Shown here: one piece after another, positions 51,980 through 62,100 of the stretch
Numbering within the stretch: position 1 is the first letter of the stretch
Layout of the letters: each line of letters begins with the position of its first letter
Assembly (NCBI GenBank): GCA_043745805.1
Contig: JAYTSD010000017.1
Location: 64,001 to 128,000 of the forward strand
Source of the DNA: Fibrobacteria bacterium
Lineage (GTDB): Bacteria > Fibrobacterota > Fibrobacteria > UBA11236
Direction: 5' to 3'
Length of the DNA stretch: 64,000 bases
Translations under genes and position numbers: made by a program
Notes under the pieces: generated by a model
What the model saw: the letters and a program-made list of their open reading frames with translations, nothing else
Told to the model about the DNA's origin: nothing
Database searches by the model: none

Positions 51980-52744
51980 ATGAGTTTAATCAAATCTCCT
52001 GGATTTATTCTGCATAAAATTTCATTTTCGGAATCAAGTTTAATTCTCAAAGTTTATACCAAGCAATCAGGATTAATCAGCATGATTGCTAAAGGTGCCA
52101 AAGGCCCTAAGTCAAAATTTAAAGGTTTGCTCGATTCTTTTCACGAGTTGCAATTTCTGTACCCCGAAAAAAGCAAAAGCGAAATTTTAACCCTCACGGA
52201 AATTACCTTACTCAAAGATTTCCCCCAAATCAAAACGGATATTATGCGGCAGGCCATTGTGCATGTCTTATTCGAAACTTATTTGCGCTATTTGCATGGG
52301 CCTATGGCGCATGATGAGCTATACACTTTACTGGGAAATTTTTTATTTGCAATAGAAGCGGAAAGTGATTCTACCTGTTATGGTAAAATTTTATGTGAAT
52401 TTTTATTGCAATTTTGTTTAGGATTAGGATTTAGTCCACAATTCAATCGCTGTGTGCATTGTGAAGGACCGCTTAAGGAATTTAAAGTAAATATGCATAT
52501 CGATTTGGGTGGTCCCATTTGCGGAAATTGCAAAGTCCAACAATATGTGGCTTTGCAGCCCATGCGCATAAATATTTTACGATGGTTACATCAATTACAA
52601 AAAAAAATAGAAGCAGTAAATTCTATTACTTTATCCGAAGCGCGCGAAGCGGAAACATTTTTGTTTTCTTTTTTAGGAAAACATTCGGGTGGAGAGAAAA
52701 AATTAAAAGCTTTAGAATTTTATCGACACTTACAACATGAATGA
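51980..52744 (+). CDS. recO: DNA repair protein RecO
   Basis: ESSLILKVYTKQSGLISMIAKGA, CVHC...CGNC zinc finger. Confidence 0.92.
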   Translation: MSLIKSPGFILHKISFSESSLILKVYTKQSGLISMIAKGAKGPKSKFKGLLDSFHELQFLYPEKSKSEILTLTEITLLKDFPQIKTDIMRQAIVHVLFETYLRYLHGPMAHDELYTLLGNFLFAIEAESDSTCYGKILCEFLLQFCLGLGFSPQFNRCVHCEGPLKEFKVNMHIDLGGPICGNCKVQQYVALQPMRINILRWLHQLQKKIEAVNSITLSEAREAETFLFSFLGKHSGGEKKLKALEFYRHLQHE

Positions 52745-53691
52745 AAGAAGATATTTTGAAAACACGCATCGCACCGACACCTAGTGGCTATTTACATATG
52801 GGAAATATTTGGTCCTTCGTTTTAACTTGGCTGATTGTTAAGCAAAACAAAGGTAATATTCGCTTACGCATCGACGATATGGATACGCCACGATTTCGCG
52901 AAGCTTATTTAGAGGATATTTTTGCTTCTTTAAAATGGATGGGCCTCACATTTGACGAAGGCCCCAAAGATTGTGGAGAATTTCATACTAGTTTTTCGCA
53001 AAAAATTCGTTTGGATCAATATCAAGAAGCCTTATTGCATTTATGTTCTTTGCAGGTGAATGGCCAGCCTTTGGTATATGCTTGCTCCTGTAGCCGCGAA
53101 AAAATCCGTCTTGCCGCCATAGCTTCAGGTAACCCCAAGGTTTATCCTGGCACTTGTCGCGATAAAGGGCATGATATACTTAACCCCAGTCATATCTTGC
53201 GAGTGAATGTACAAGGCATTGCTATTTTTAAAATCAAGGATAAATTACTCGGCGAAATTGATTTTAATCCGCAACAAGATATGGGTGATTTTGTGATTAG
53301 GCAAAAAGATGGATCACCAGCTTATCAACTCACTTCCTTAATCGATGATCAACTTTATGCCACAGATTTTATTGTACGGGGACGGGATTTACTTTTGTCA
53401 ACAGGAGCGCAATTATTATTAGCCCAGCAGTTAAAAATCGATTCCTTTTTAAACTGTGAATTTGTGCATCACGGTTTATTAACCGATGCTAAAGGGCATA
53501 AGCTTTCTAAATCCGAAGACGCGAAATCCTTAAATAATATTCGCCGCACCAAACCTACACCAGAATTTTTAATTCGGTATCTCGCCAAATTTGTGGGAGT
53601 GAATGAAGTGAAAACATTAGCCGATTTACTATTACAATTTGATTTTAAAAAAATTCCCAGTGAAGATCATATTTTGGAATTTAATGCCTAG
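52741..53691 (+). CDS. gluQ: Glutamyl-Q tRNA(Asp) synthetase-like protein
   Basis: RIAPTPSGYLHMGN, LRIDDMD, CSCSR...YPGTC, GDFVIR, RGRDL, KLSKS; no anticodon-binding domain. Confidence 0.85.
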   Translation: MKEDILKTRIAPTPSGYLHMGNIWSFVLTWLIVKQNKGNIRLRIDDMDTPRFREAYLEDIFASLKWMGLTFDEGPKDCGEFHTSFSQKIRLDQYQEALLHLCSLQVNGQPLVYACSCSREKIRLAAIASGNPKVYPGTCRDKGHDILNPSHILRVNVQGIAIFKIKDKLLGEIDFNPQQDMGDFVIRQKDGSPAYQLTSLIDDQLYATDFIVRGRDLLLSTGAQLLLAQQLKIDSFLNCEFVHHGLLTDAKGHKLSKSEDAKSLNNIRRTKPTPEFLIRYLAKFVGVNEVKTLADLLLQFDFKKIPSEDHILEFNA

Positions 53692-53702
53692 GTATCTTGT
53701 AT

Positions 53703-53838
53703 AGAGTCACGGAATGATTAAACCTAAATTTTCAAGCAGGATCATATCGGTTTAACGCATTACTAGGTCTTAATGTGGCCGGTGCATATGCTTTGAAAAC
53801 TATGGATTAGGGTGAGGCTTTTGCTTCACCCTTTTTTT
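53703..53838 (+). ncRNA. Candidate structured small RNA (long irregular hairpin plus terminator)
   Basis: Nested helices 53729-38/53789-99, 53745-51/53778-84 and 53756-62/53771-77 with several G-U pairs that work only on the + strand; 5' end is a guess. Confidence 0.45.
53810..53838 (+). terminator. Rho-independent terminator
   Basis: GGGTGAGGC-TTTT-GCTTCACCC-TTTTTTT. Confidence 0.9.
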
Positions 53839-54207
53839 GTCAAATTTTTACCTTAGATTTTGACATTAGCGGGACAAATTTTCCCAAAAAACATGGATTC
53901 CATAGATAGAGATAAAGAAAGGAATTAGCTTTTCTCATCGATCATTTTTAAAATAGCATTGGGGAATGTGATACAAAATATCCATTATAATCATCTAAAC
54001 TTTGAAGAACGCTTGCTAAGCCCAAATTTGGGGTTTGGTTTAAAGTTGATATCGATATTAAAAAATCATTGCAAATCCATTGCAAATCAAGGTTTATTAA
54101 AAATTTCAGGAGTATTAAGCCCATGGTTGTCCAACCCTTGGTTTTACCAAATTCAAAGGGACTTAAATTCGGTTCTAACAACAAAATCGACTTCTGTGTC
54201 CAGCTCC

Positions 54208-54708
54208 ATGGTAATGGAAACGGAAAGTCCAAATACTCTTTCTTTGGAAGAGTTGTACAAAAAATACAGTGCTGCGCTTTATTGGGTTTGTTCTCGCTAT
54301 ACACGCAATCGCGAAGATGCTGAGGACATGGTTCATCAAGTTTTTATGAAGGTTCATCTCAATCGCCATCAATTTCAGGGTGGCAGTAGTATTTATACTT
54401 GGATTTATCGCATTGCGGTCAATGAATGCTTGCAAATGCTACGCAAGAAAAAATTTGAAAAAGAGGGAGAATTATTTCCTGGTTTAGAAAATAAGTTGGT
54501 TTATTTTCCTGAACGAACTATGGATGCCAAATTAATTTTGGAAAAAATCACTAAAACGGTTGATATTAAAACTATGGAAATATTATTTCTGCTTTATCTC
54601 GAAGATCATAAACAAGAAGATGTTGCAGAAATGTTGAATATTTCGCGTGCCACGGTTAATCGTAAAATTGCCCACTTTAAAATTTTAATGACACGCTTCA
54701 AATGGTAA
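54208..54708 (+). CDS. ECF sigma-70 factor
   Basis: DAEDMVHQVF, F...SSIYTWIYRIAVNEC, region 4 QEDVAEMLNISRATVNR; ATG 54208 or 54214 gives a typical ECF length. Confidence 0.92.
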   Translation: MVMETESPNTLSLEELYKKYSAALYWVCSRYTRNREDAEDMVHQVFMKVHLNRHQFQGGSSIYTWIYRIAVNECLQMLRKKKFEKEGELFPGLENKLVYFPERTMDAKLILEKITKTVDIKTMEILFLLYLEDHKQEDVAEMLNISRATVNRKIAHFKILMTRFKW

Positions 54709-55553
54709 GGCCAACTCTCGAATCCGGAAGTGCAGAGATGCCCTCCGAAAAAAACATTCATCCTTCTAGGCTTATTTTAACAAACTTTCTCAATGGGGAT
54801 TTAAACTCTGAGCAACAAAAGGAATTTAATCACCATGTGCTTGGTTGTCTTCAATGCTCACAAATCATATCTGAGGCGCGACAAGTAACCTCCGAGTTCA
54901 CTCAAAAATTTCCAACTTTTGCTTCTCTAGATAGCAAATTTGGAATAAAATATTCATCCCGCTTAAGACCAACCTTTGTAGAAAGGCTGAAGGGGTTATG
55001 GCAAATTTTTGAAAGTAATATTTGCTATGCCATTTCGCCAAAAATCGCGTGGGCCCTTGTGTTGTTTTTTGTTGTAGGCGTAACTTGGATATTCAATTTA
55101 AAGTCTTTAAATACACAAGGTCAATCTTATAAAGGGCAAACTCGCTTCACACTTTTTCGAAACGGACATCAAGTATTGAAAGATACTTTTTTTGCCGAAC
55201 CACTGGATACCTTACAATTAATAATTACTAGTCCTGAACCCGTTTATTATGCAGTGCTATATCAAGATGATACTGCCGCTTTAGAAATTTATTTGCCCGA
55301 GCTGGGAAAAGAAAATTTATCACTGGGTAATGCCCATGGCGAACCCTTGCCGCATAGTTTGATTTTAGATGCAAGTTGGAAAAACGAAATTTTATATTGC
55401 TTATGGGGAAGCAAACCGATTTCCTTGTCTGAAATGACTTTAAATAAACTTTCAAATAGGATAATTAAAATTGATCCAAAAGATTTACGCAATTGGATGG
55501 ACAAGAAAAATATTCACTATCAAGTTTATTACTTAAATAATAGTTTACCATGA
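54702..55553 (+). CDS. Zinc anti-sigma factor (HxxxCxxC), single TM, periplasmic DUF4384-like domain
   Basis: HVLGCLQC; TM IAWALVLFFVVGVTWIF; then KG...YYAVLYQDD...YLP...LPHSLILD..E; start could be 54738. Confidence 0.8.
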   Translation: MVRPTLESGSAEMPSEKNIHPSRLILTNFLNGDLNSEQQKEFNHHVLGCLQCSQIISEARQVTSEFTQKFPTFASLDSKFGIKYSSRLRPTFVERLKGLWQIFESNICYAISPKIAWALVLFFVVGVTWIFNLKSLNTQGQSYKGQTRFTLFRNGHQVLKDTFFAEPLDTLQLIITSPEPVYYAVLYQDDTAALEIYLPELGKENLSLGNAHGEPLPHSLILDASWKNEILYCLWGSKPISLSEMTLNKLSNRIIKIDPKDLRNWMDKKNIHYQVYYLNNSLP

Positions 55554-57130
55554 AATGGCCACACTATAAATTATTGCTGGCTTTGCTTTTTTGTTTTCAT
55601 CCCAGTTATGCATTAATAAAAATGGCCTTGGTAATAGGTAATAATACCGGAATGGATGATGAAAAGCCCTTGCAGTATGCCACGCGCGATGCCAAGCAAA
55701 TTTATGAGACCTTAGGTCAATTAGGAGGAATGGATAAAGGCAAAAGCTATTTATTGTTAGATTTATCCGTTGCCAAAGTAATGACGGCATTACGTGAGGC
55801 CAGTAATCGCATACAAACTTTGCATAAAGAAAAACAAAAAGTACAGCTGCTGATATATTTTTCGGGTCATGGCAGTGAGGATGCTTTGCATTTAAATGGT
55901 GAGAAATTGCCCATTGCACAAATCCGTGAATATTTTACCAGTATGGACGCGGATTTAAAAATTTTAATTGCGGATGCTTGTTATAGTGGGTCATTAATTC
56001 AAGCCAAAGGGGCTAAATTAGGGGCGGTCATTCCCGTTAAATACTCTGATGAATTAAAGGTAAATGGATCTGCTATTTTAACGTCTAGTTCCGCAGGAGA
56101 ATTGTCACAGGAATCTCAAGATTTTCACGGTTCAATTTTTACGCATTATTTTTTAACTGCCATGCGTGGAGCGGCGGATTTTGATCGCGATGGACAAATT
56201 ACTTTATGGGAAGCCTATAACTATACGCAATTGAATCTTCGACGAAAATCTATGACAAATAAAGGTTTTGTACAAAATCCAGGATTCGATATTGATGTAA
56301 ATGGTTCGGATAATGTGATTTTGACACACTTAGATTTAGGTCAAGCTCTGCTAAGTTTCAAGGGCTTTACCGAGGGGCAATATCAGATTTTAGAAGCGAA
56401 TAGCACATTGCAAGTTGCCGAAATAGATTTATCAGGTGGGGAAGGGGTAACTTTAGCATTACCTAAAGCCAATTATTTAGTGTATCGCTCTTCTCAAGGT
56501 AAGGCTTGGGCGGTATGGGCGGATTTGCGGCAAAACAAAATTACAGAAATAAATCCGTCCCTGTTATATCCGATTTCCATGGGCGCTTTAGCCGCAAAAG
56601 GCGGCGATGGAGGCTTAGAAGCTAAAGGCTTGCTAATACCTAGAGAAATAAACTCTTATCACTTAGCCTTGCATTCACGTTTATACCCTTATTTTCCAGG
56701 GCGAAAAGAAACGGCAACGAGTTGGATGCTATCTGCCGAGAGTCAATGGGAAACATGGAGTTTTTTACTCTCAGGAAGTTTTTTACCCACCTTACAAACT
56801 TTAGTAAAGGGTAACCGTTTTACTCAAACTGGATATAGTATTGGCGGAGAATTACGCTATTATTTTTATCCTACGCATAATAGTACTTGGCATTTGGGAC
56901 CGCATTGGGAAAGCTGGTTTTTGCAACAAAATTTAAATGGAAAAACCCTTGGCCAAGGAAATTTACTTGGCACTATGGGAAGCTTGGGTGCAGACTGGAT
57001 AATATTTCATCGATTCACTCTTGGCTTTAACTGGGAGCCTGGTATTTTTTTGCATTATGATAAGGCTGCTATATTACAAAAAGATTTCGCATCTCCAATT
57101 TCAATAGGCGTAACAATGGGTTTATGGTAA
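55550..57130 (+). CDS. Exported caspase-family (C14, clan CD) protease with putative C-terminal outer-membrane beta-barrel
   Basis: Signal peptide (HPSYA); ALVIGNN, YFSGHG (His 55868), IADACYSG (Cys 55979), FTHYFL..MRGAADFDRDGQITL; amphipathic strands ending ISIGVTMGLW. Confidence 0.88.
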   Translation: MKWPHYKLLLALLFCFHPSYALIKMALVIGNNTGMDDEKPLQYATRDAKQIYETLGQLGGMDKGKSYLLLDLSVAKVMTALREASNRIQTLHKEKQKVQLLIYFSGHGSEDALHLNGEKLPIAQIREYFTSMDADLKILIADACYSGSLIQAKGAKLGAVIPVKYSDELKVNGSAILTSSSAGELSQESQDFHGSIFTHYFLTAMRGAADFDRDGQITLWEAYNYTQLNLRRKSMTNKGFVQNPGFDIDVNGSDNVILTHLDLGQALLSFKGFTEGQYQILEANSTLQVAEIDLSGGEGVTLALPKANYLVYRSSQGKAWAVWADLRQNKITEINPSLLYPISMGALAAKGGDGGLEAKGLLIPREINSYHLALHSRLYPYFPGRKETATSWMLSAESQWETWSFLLSGSFLPTLQTLVKGNRFTQTGYSIGGELRYYFYPTHNSTWHLGPHWESWFLQQNLNGKTLGQGNLLGTMGSLGADWIIFHRFTLGFNWEPGIFLHYDKAAILQKDFASPISIGVTMGLW

Positions 57131-59064
57131 TCGCAACCAAGAGCATTAGGTTTCCGTTACTTATAGGTTACTTTTACCTATTAATCACCGGTATTTTTGT
57201 GTGTTCTTGTCTAAAAGAGAATCCAGTAATTTTACCGGAAACAATTTATGATGCCAAAACTTTTTTGCCGCTCGATTCACTTTATCGTTTTGATTCCGTG
57301 ACCATTACCATAATGAATGAAAAGGATATTACGCAACATAAAACTATATGGTTAGCTCCGGTTAAATATTCCTCAGAATTTCCGGTATTCATTTCTGGAG
57401 AACAAGAAAATCTATATCTCGATATTAAAGGTTATAAAAAAATTAAAGGATCATTGCCTTGCTACAAAGCAACAAGTAAACAGGGTAATTATTGGGTAAA
57501 TATTGATACATGTGATATTATTAACAGTATTTTGATTATCGATTCCATAGCATGGTCCGATTCCATTGTAGATTTTGATAGCCTAGATACAGAAAAAAAA
57601 ATCATATTTAATTTAGTTGGAAATAAAATTCATTCCTTAAACCTGACTCCGACTTCGAATTACCTACTCTTATTACCACCCTTTCAATTGGATTCTAATC
57701 ATAAACAAATAGAAATTCGTATTAAAATTATCCGTGATAGTTTGAGCAAGAGCTTGTATTCTACGGCTTATTCCATTACAGATAATGGCCTTAAGGTGGG
57801 GGAAATAAAAATCAAATTCAAAGTTGCAGAAAAGCTACCAGTCATAATATCTCACAAGGACAGTTCAGTAGTAAAATTGAAGGTACTTAATAAAATAGAT
57901 TCACTTCCGGTGTCAGGTGCTAAAATAAATCTGGATGGTAAAGATTTATTGGCGTTAACGGATTTAACGGGAAAAATAAAATTAGATTCGCTGGCCCTTG
58001 GTCAGCATAAGTTTTTTGTCACAATAGCAGATAGATTGGGAATTATTGATTCGATGAATATCACATACTTTGATACTGTGGTTTCATTCTATTTACCTCC
58101 TAAAACCGTATTGCAGAATTTAGCGGTGGGATGGAGCGCACCTAGTTTAGCGAACTTTACAACTTTTCAAAATCAGGCCATCTTTTTAAGTCAAGATATT
58201 CAAAGTTCGGGATTAGTTTTGAAATTTCCACTTAACAATTTGGACCCGCGACTACAAAGCACGATCGAACAAGGAAATAAAACTTTAGCAAATCCACCTG
58301 AAATTTTTGATGCCATTAATTCTGTTGCGGATGCCACTAATCTTTATATTACTTATCCAGATGTAAATAGAATTGGAAAAATAAGTGATTGGCAGAATAC
58401 TAGTGCGGCGAGCAACACCTTACTTGCATTTTCACCTTACGGTTTATTATTGGAAGGAAATAGTCTTTTTAGTATTGGACGTAATCAAAAAGAACAATTG
58501 ACACTAGCGGAATTCAATACAACCGATTTTTCCATTATTAAAATGGATACACTAGGTAACTTTAAATGGGATGAATTAGATATTTCTAATCGTGGACCTA
58601 AAATGGTCTCAACTCCAGATGCGTTTTATGTGGTCGATGGAAATGGACCACAGCAAATTGGGAATCTTATTAAGGTCAGCAAAACTTCACGGAATATTCT
58701 TGTTAGTCAACAAACAAAATCCGCACAAATTTCCGATATTTGTATTTATAAGGACCGAATTTATATCACTTCTCATGGTTCAAGTATTGTGGAAATTTAC
58801 GATTTTAATTTAGTGCCCAGTGGAATAATCAATATTGGAAAATCAGTAGAAAAAATTTCCATTGTGCAGAGTGGCTATTTGCAGGGGACCGGATTTTTGA
58901 CCACCAATGATAATTCAGTGCAGGTGATAAATACAGAAGCTAAATTAGTTATTGGCTCTTTAAGCTTACCCGTTGGGGAGCGATCCAAAAACATTATTTT
59001 CAATGCGGCCATAGCAAAATTAATCGTCACAACGGTTAATAAAATTTATATCGCAGAATTTTAG
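57124..59064 (+). CDS. Putative lipoprotein with carboxypeptidase-regulatory-like Ig domain and C-terminal beta-propeller
   Basis: Lipobox-like FVCSC-LKE; PVSGAKINL....TDLTG....LALGQH; YncE-like repeats (LYITYP..NRI, IYITSHGSSIVEIYD, DNSVQVIN). Confidence 0.65.
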   Translation: MVIATKSIRFPLLIGYFYLLITGIFVCSCLKENPVILPETIYDAKTFLPLDSLYRFDSVTITIMNEKDITQHKTIWLAPVKYSSEFPVFISGEQENLYLDIKGYKKIKGSLPCYKATSKQGNYWVNIDTCDIINSILIIDSIAWSDSIVDFDSLDTEKKIIFNLVGNKIHSLNLTPTSNYLLLLPPFQLDSNHKQIEIRIKIIRDSLSKSLYSTAYSITDNGLKVGEIKIKFKVAEKLPVIISHKDSSVVKLKVLNKIDSLPVSGAKINLDGKDLLALTDLTGKIKLDSLALGQHKFFVTIADRLGIIDSMNITYFDTVVSFYLPPKTVLQNLAVGWSAPSLANFTTFQNQAIFLSQDIQSSGLVLKFPLNNLDPRLQSTIEQGNKTLANPPEIFDAINSVADATNLYITYPDVNRIGKISDWQNTSAASNTLLAFSPYGLLLEGNSLFSIGRNQKEQLTLAEFNTTDFSIIKMDTLGNFKWDELDISNRGPKMVSTPDAFYVVDGNGPQQIGNLIKVSKTSRNILVSQQTKSAQISDICIYKDRIYITSHGSSIVEIYDFNLVPSGIINIGKSVEKISIVQSGYLQGTGFLTTNDNSVQVINTEAKLVIGSLSLPVGERSKNIIFNAAIAKLIVTTVNKIYIAEF

Positions 59065-59108
59065 CAGAGAATATTTTCAAATCATTTTAAAAATAATGAG
59101 GGTTTTTT

Positions 59109-62100
59109 ATGGTAAAAATGCCGGTTGGTTTTTTTTCTAAGGCTTTATCGAAGATCGTTTTCATAAGCGTGATTACACACTGTGCATCGATATATGCGCA
59201 AGAGTTTATAGTACTAAAAGACAATATTCGTAGTTTACAAGATCGTTCTTATAACTCGGCTGAAGTGGGAGAAATGAAAGGGCAAGTATCCTTTTTAGAT
59301 TTCAATTCCGATGGAAATAAAGATTTAGTGTTTTCGGGAAATTGTTGGCCTTCACCTGGGTGCATAGAATTATATCAAAATACAAATGGTGTATTTTCTA
59401 ACACCCATGCCTTTGATAGTCTCGAAAATTATCATTTGCAGGCCGGCGCTTGGGCAGATATTAACCATGATGGTAGCTTAGATTTTGTGACCTATGAGGA
59501 AAGAAATAATATTCGCTTGGCAAAATTTTATACTTACAATGTAACACAAAAAAAAATATTGCCTTTGAATATAAGTTTACCCACGGGTAAATGGACAAAT
59601 TTAAGCTTTAGTTTTTGTGACATTGACAATGATAGCTTTCCTGATTTACTAGTGAGTGGTCTGGTAGATTCTTCGCTTTTTTGGCCGCCATTCACTGAAG
59701 TTTATCATAATGAAAATGGCAAAAGTTTTAAAAGTATGAATATGGGCTTGTTACCTATGTGGAATGCGAATATGGCTTGGGCCGATTTTGATAAGGATGG
59801 ATATTCCGATTTATATATCACCGGAAACACAGGGGTTAAAAATTTTTCTGCGATTTATCCTACCTCCATGGCCACAAGGGTTTATCGTAATAATATCGGC
59901 AAATTAAATTTATACGCAACCTTGCCCAGTTTGGTTTATGGAGGTGCGGCGTGGGGAGATTATGATGGCGATGGAAAATTAGATTTAGTCGTTTCTGGAA
60001 CCCGTATGCCAGGCAATACTCTTCCTGCAACGCTTTTATATAAAAACAATGGTACGGGTTTTGATCTGCAAACGAATACGCCCTTTGATTCCTTATGCTT
60101 TGGATCGGTTTCTTTTGCGGATATGGACAAGGATGGTGATCCCGATCTTTTGTTAACCGGAGAAATTTCCGAAAGTGCACCGCTCACCAAAATCTTTCGC
60201 AATGATAAAAGTGTGTTTGTAGATATGCAATCCAATTTACCTTCCCTCACTCATGGTGTTTCATCGTGGGGCGATTTTGATGGGGACGGAAATATGGATA
60301 TCTTTTTAAGCGGAATAAATGCCAATAAAGAATCCAGCGCACATTTATTTCATAATATTCGTGGTGATTTTGAGCCCTTAAATAGTTTTTCCTCACCTAT
60401 TATTGCCTCAACACTACATTGGATAGATTATGATAATGATAAAAAGTTAGACTTTTTTATTAGCGATAATTCTGAAAGCAAGCTTTATCGGAATATCGGT
60501 AATGGGCAATTTTTAGCAGAGAATACAAATCTTCCTATAGGTTCTACGCAATCCGATTTAGGTGATTTTGATAATGATGGTAAAGTTGATATTGTGATGG
60601 TTGGCACAAACACTGCTACAAATGATGCCGTAACTATTCTTCAAAATAAAGGGGATGGAAATTTTTTAGATACCAAAATAAAAATTTTAGGCACAACTAA
60701 TCCGGGGCTTATAACCATTGACGGCGCTAAATGGGGGGATTATGATAATGATGGAAAATTGGATTTGGTGGTTTGGGGACATGATTATAAAATTGGAAAT
60801 AACCCTTTTACTAAAGTTTTTCATAATGAGGGGGACTGGACTTTTTCTGAATTAACAAAAATTTTTACCGGCATTACTCGCGGTCAAATTTCATGGGGTG
60901 ATTTTAATCGAGATGGTCGATTAGATTTAGCCTTAGCAGGGGATAGTCTTGAGAGCTCTTATACTCCCTTTGTTAAAATTTATCGTAATGAAAATGGAGT
61001 ATTAAATACCACTAATGATAATATTAGTCCATTATCGCATACTTCTTTTGCATGGGGTGATTTTGATAATGATGGGGATCTTGATTTTGCCCTTTCTGGA
61101 GAATACCGTGTAGGATCAGCTTTTGATTCAACCATAACCCGTATTTTTAGGAATAATGGAGGGGTTTTTGAACAATTTGGACAAAGTTTGATCGGTGTTT
61201 TTAATGGCCAAATCTTATGGATAGATGCGGATAATGATGGTGATCTAGATCTAATTATGAATGGGGGTTATCTAGATTCTCCTTATAAAAATGCCCGAAT
61301 TCTACGCAATGAAGGAAATCGTTTTACTGCAATTCCTCCGGTTTTCCCGAATTATTCCCCAACAGTTATGGATGTGGGTGATTTTGATGGCGATGGAAAA
61401 GTTGATTTACTGGTTTCGGGATCAAGTTGGAGTGTTCCCTCAGGAACTTTTATTTATAAAAACACAGTACTCACAGCTAATACTTTGCCTTCAGTTCCCC
61501 CAAATGCCAATGCGACTTTAGGTTTTTCGTCCGTTACTTTAGCCTGGGATAATTCCACCGATAACGAAACTTCTTCTTCCGGTTTGCAGTATAATGTGCA
61601 AGTCGGTAAAGCGAGCGGAGGGTTTGAAATATTATCGAGTGCGTCCCATTCCGATGGAATTCTCAGGGCCAATCAAATGGGTAATGCTTCACATGCAAAT
61701 TTTAAAAATCTTATTGGACTTGCTCCAGGAAAATATTTTTGGAAAGTACAAGCCATAGATAATGCCTTAGGAGGCTCTTCATTTTCGCCGGAAGGGAAGT
61801 TTACCATTGGCATTACTACACCAACTTTGTTGGAAACCGGTGCAGGTAATTCACAAGTGACTTTGAAATGGAAGAAATTGACTGATTCTAATTTCCAGAG
61901 ATATTATCTCTATTACGGCTTAATCACTAATCCTAGCAATAAAATGGATTCTGTATCACTCGCTAATGATACGGTTAAAGTTATTTCGGAATTACAAAAT
62001 GGACAGCTTTATTATTTTCGAGTTTCAGCTATTGATCAAGGGGGAAATCCTAGTGGTTACTCTAATGAATTAACTGCCATACCCGATGGAACGCCTCCCG

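Noticed and set aside
53714-53755. 13-codon ORF MIKPKFSSRIISV inside the candidate sRNA
   Set aside because: No convincing SD and no attenuator-like codon bias; the RNA structure explains the region better
53959-54207. 83-aa N-terminal extension of the ECF sigma from TTG 53959
   Set aside because: No sigma-like sequence and no SD; starting at ATG 54208 or 54214 gives a normal ECF length
55550-57130. Caspase as part of a cytoplasmic anti-phage or cell-death system (gasdermin, CHAT/TPR, CRISPR-linked)
   Set aside because: It has a signal peptide and a barrel-like tail; no gasdermin, NLR-like or cas genes are recognisable nearby
283-58813. Many 60-150 aa antisense or alternate-frame ORFs nested in recognised genes
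   Set aside because: They lie within well-supported CDSs and show no recognisable motifs
59860-61672. Short ORFs listed in the track (59860-60180, 59960-60250, 61291-61521, 61454-61672)
   Set aside because: Shadows of the long plus-strand FG-GAP gene starting at 59109
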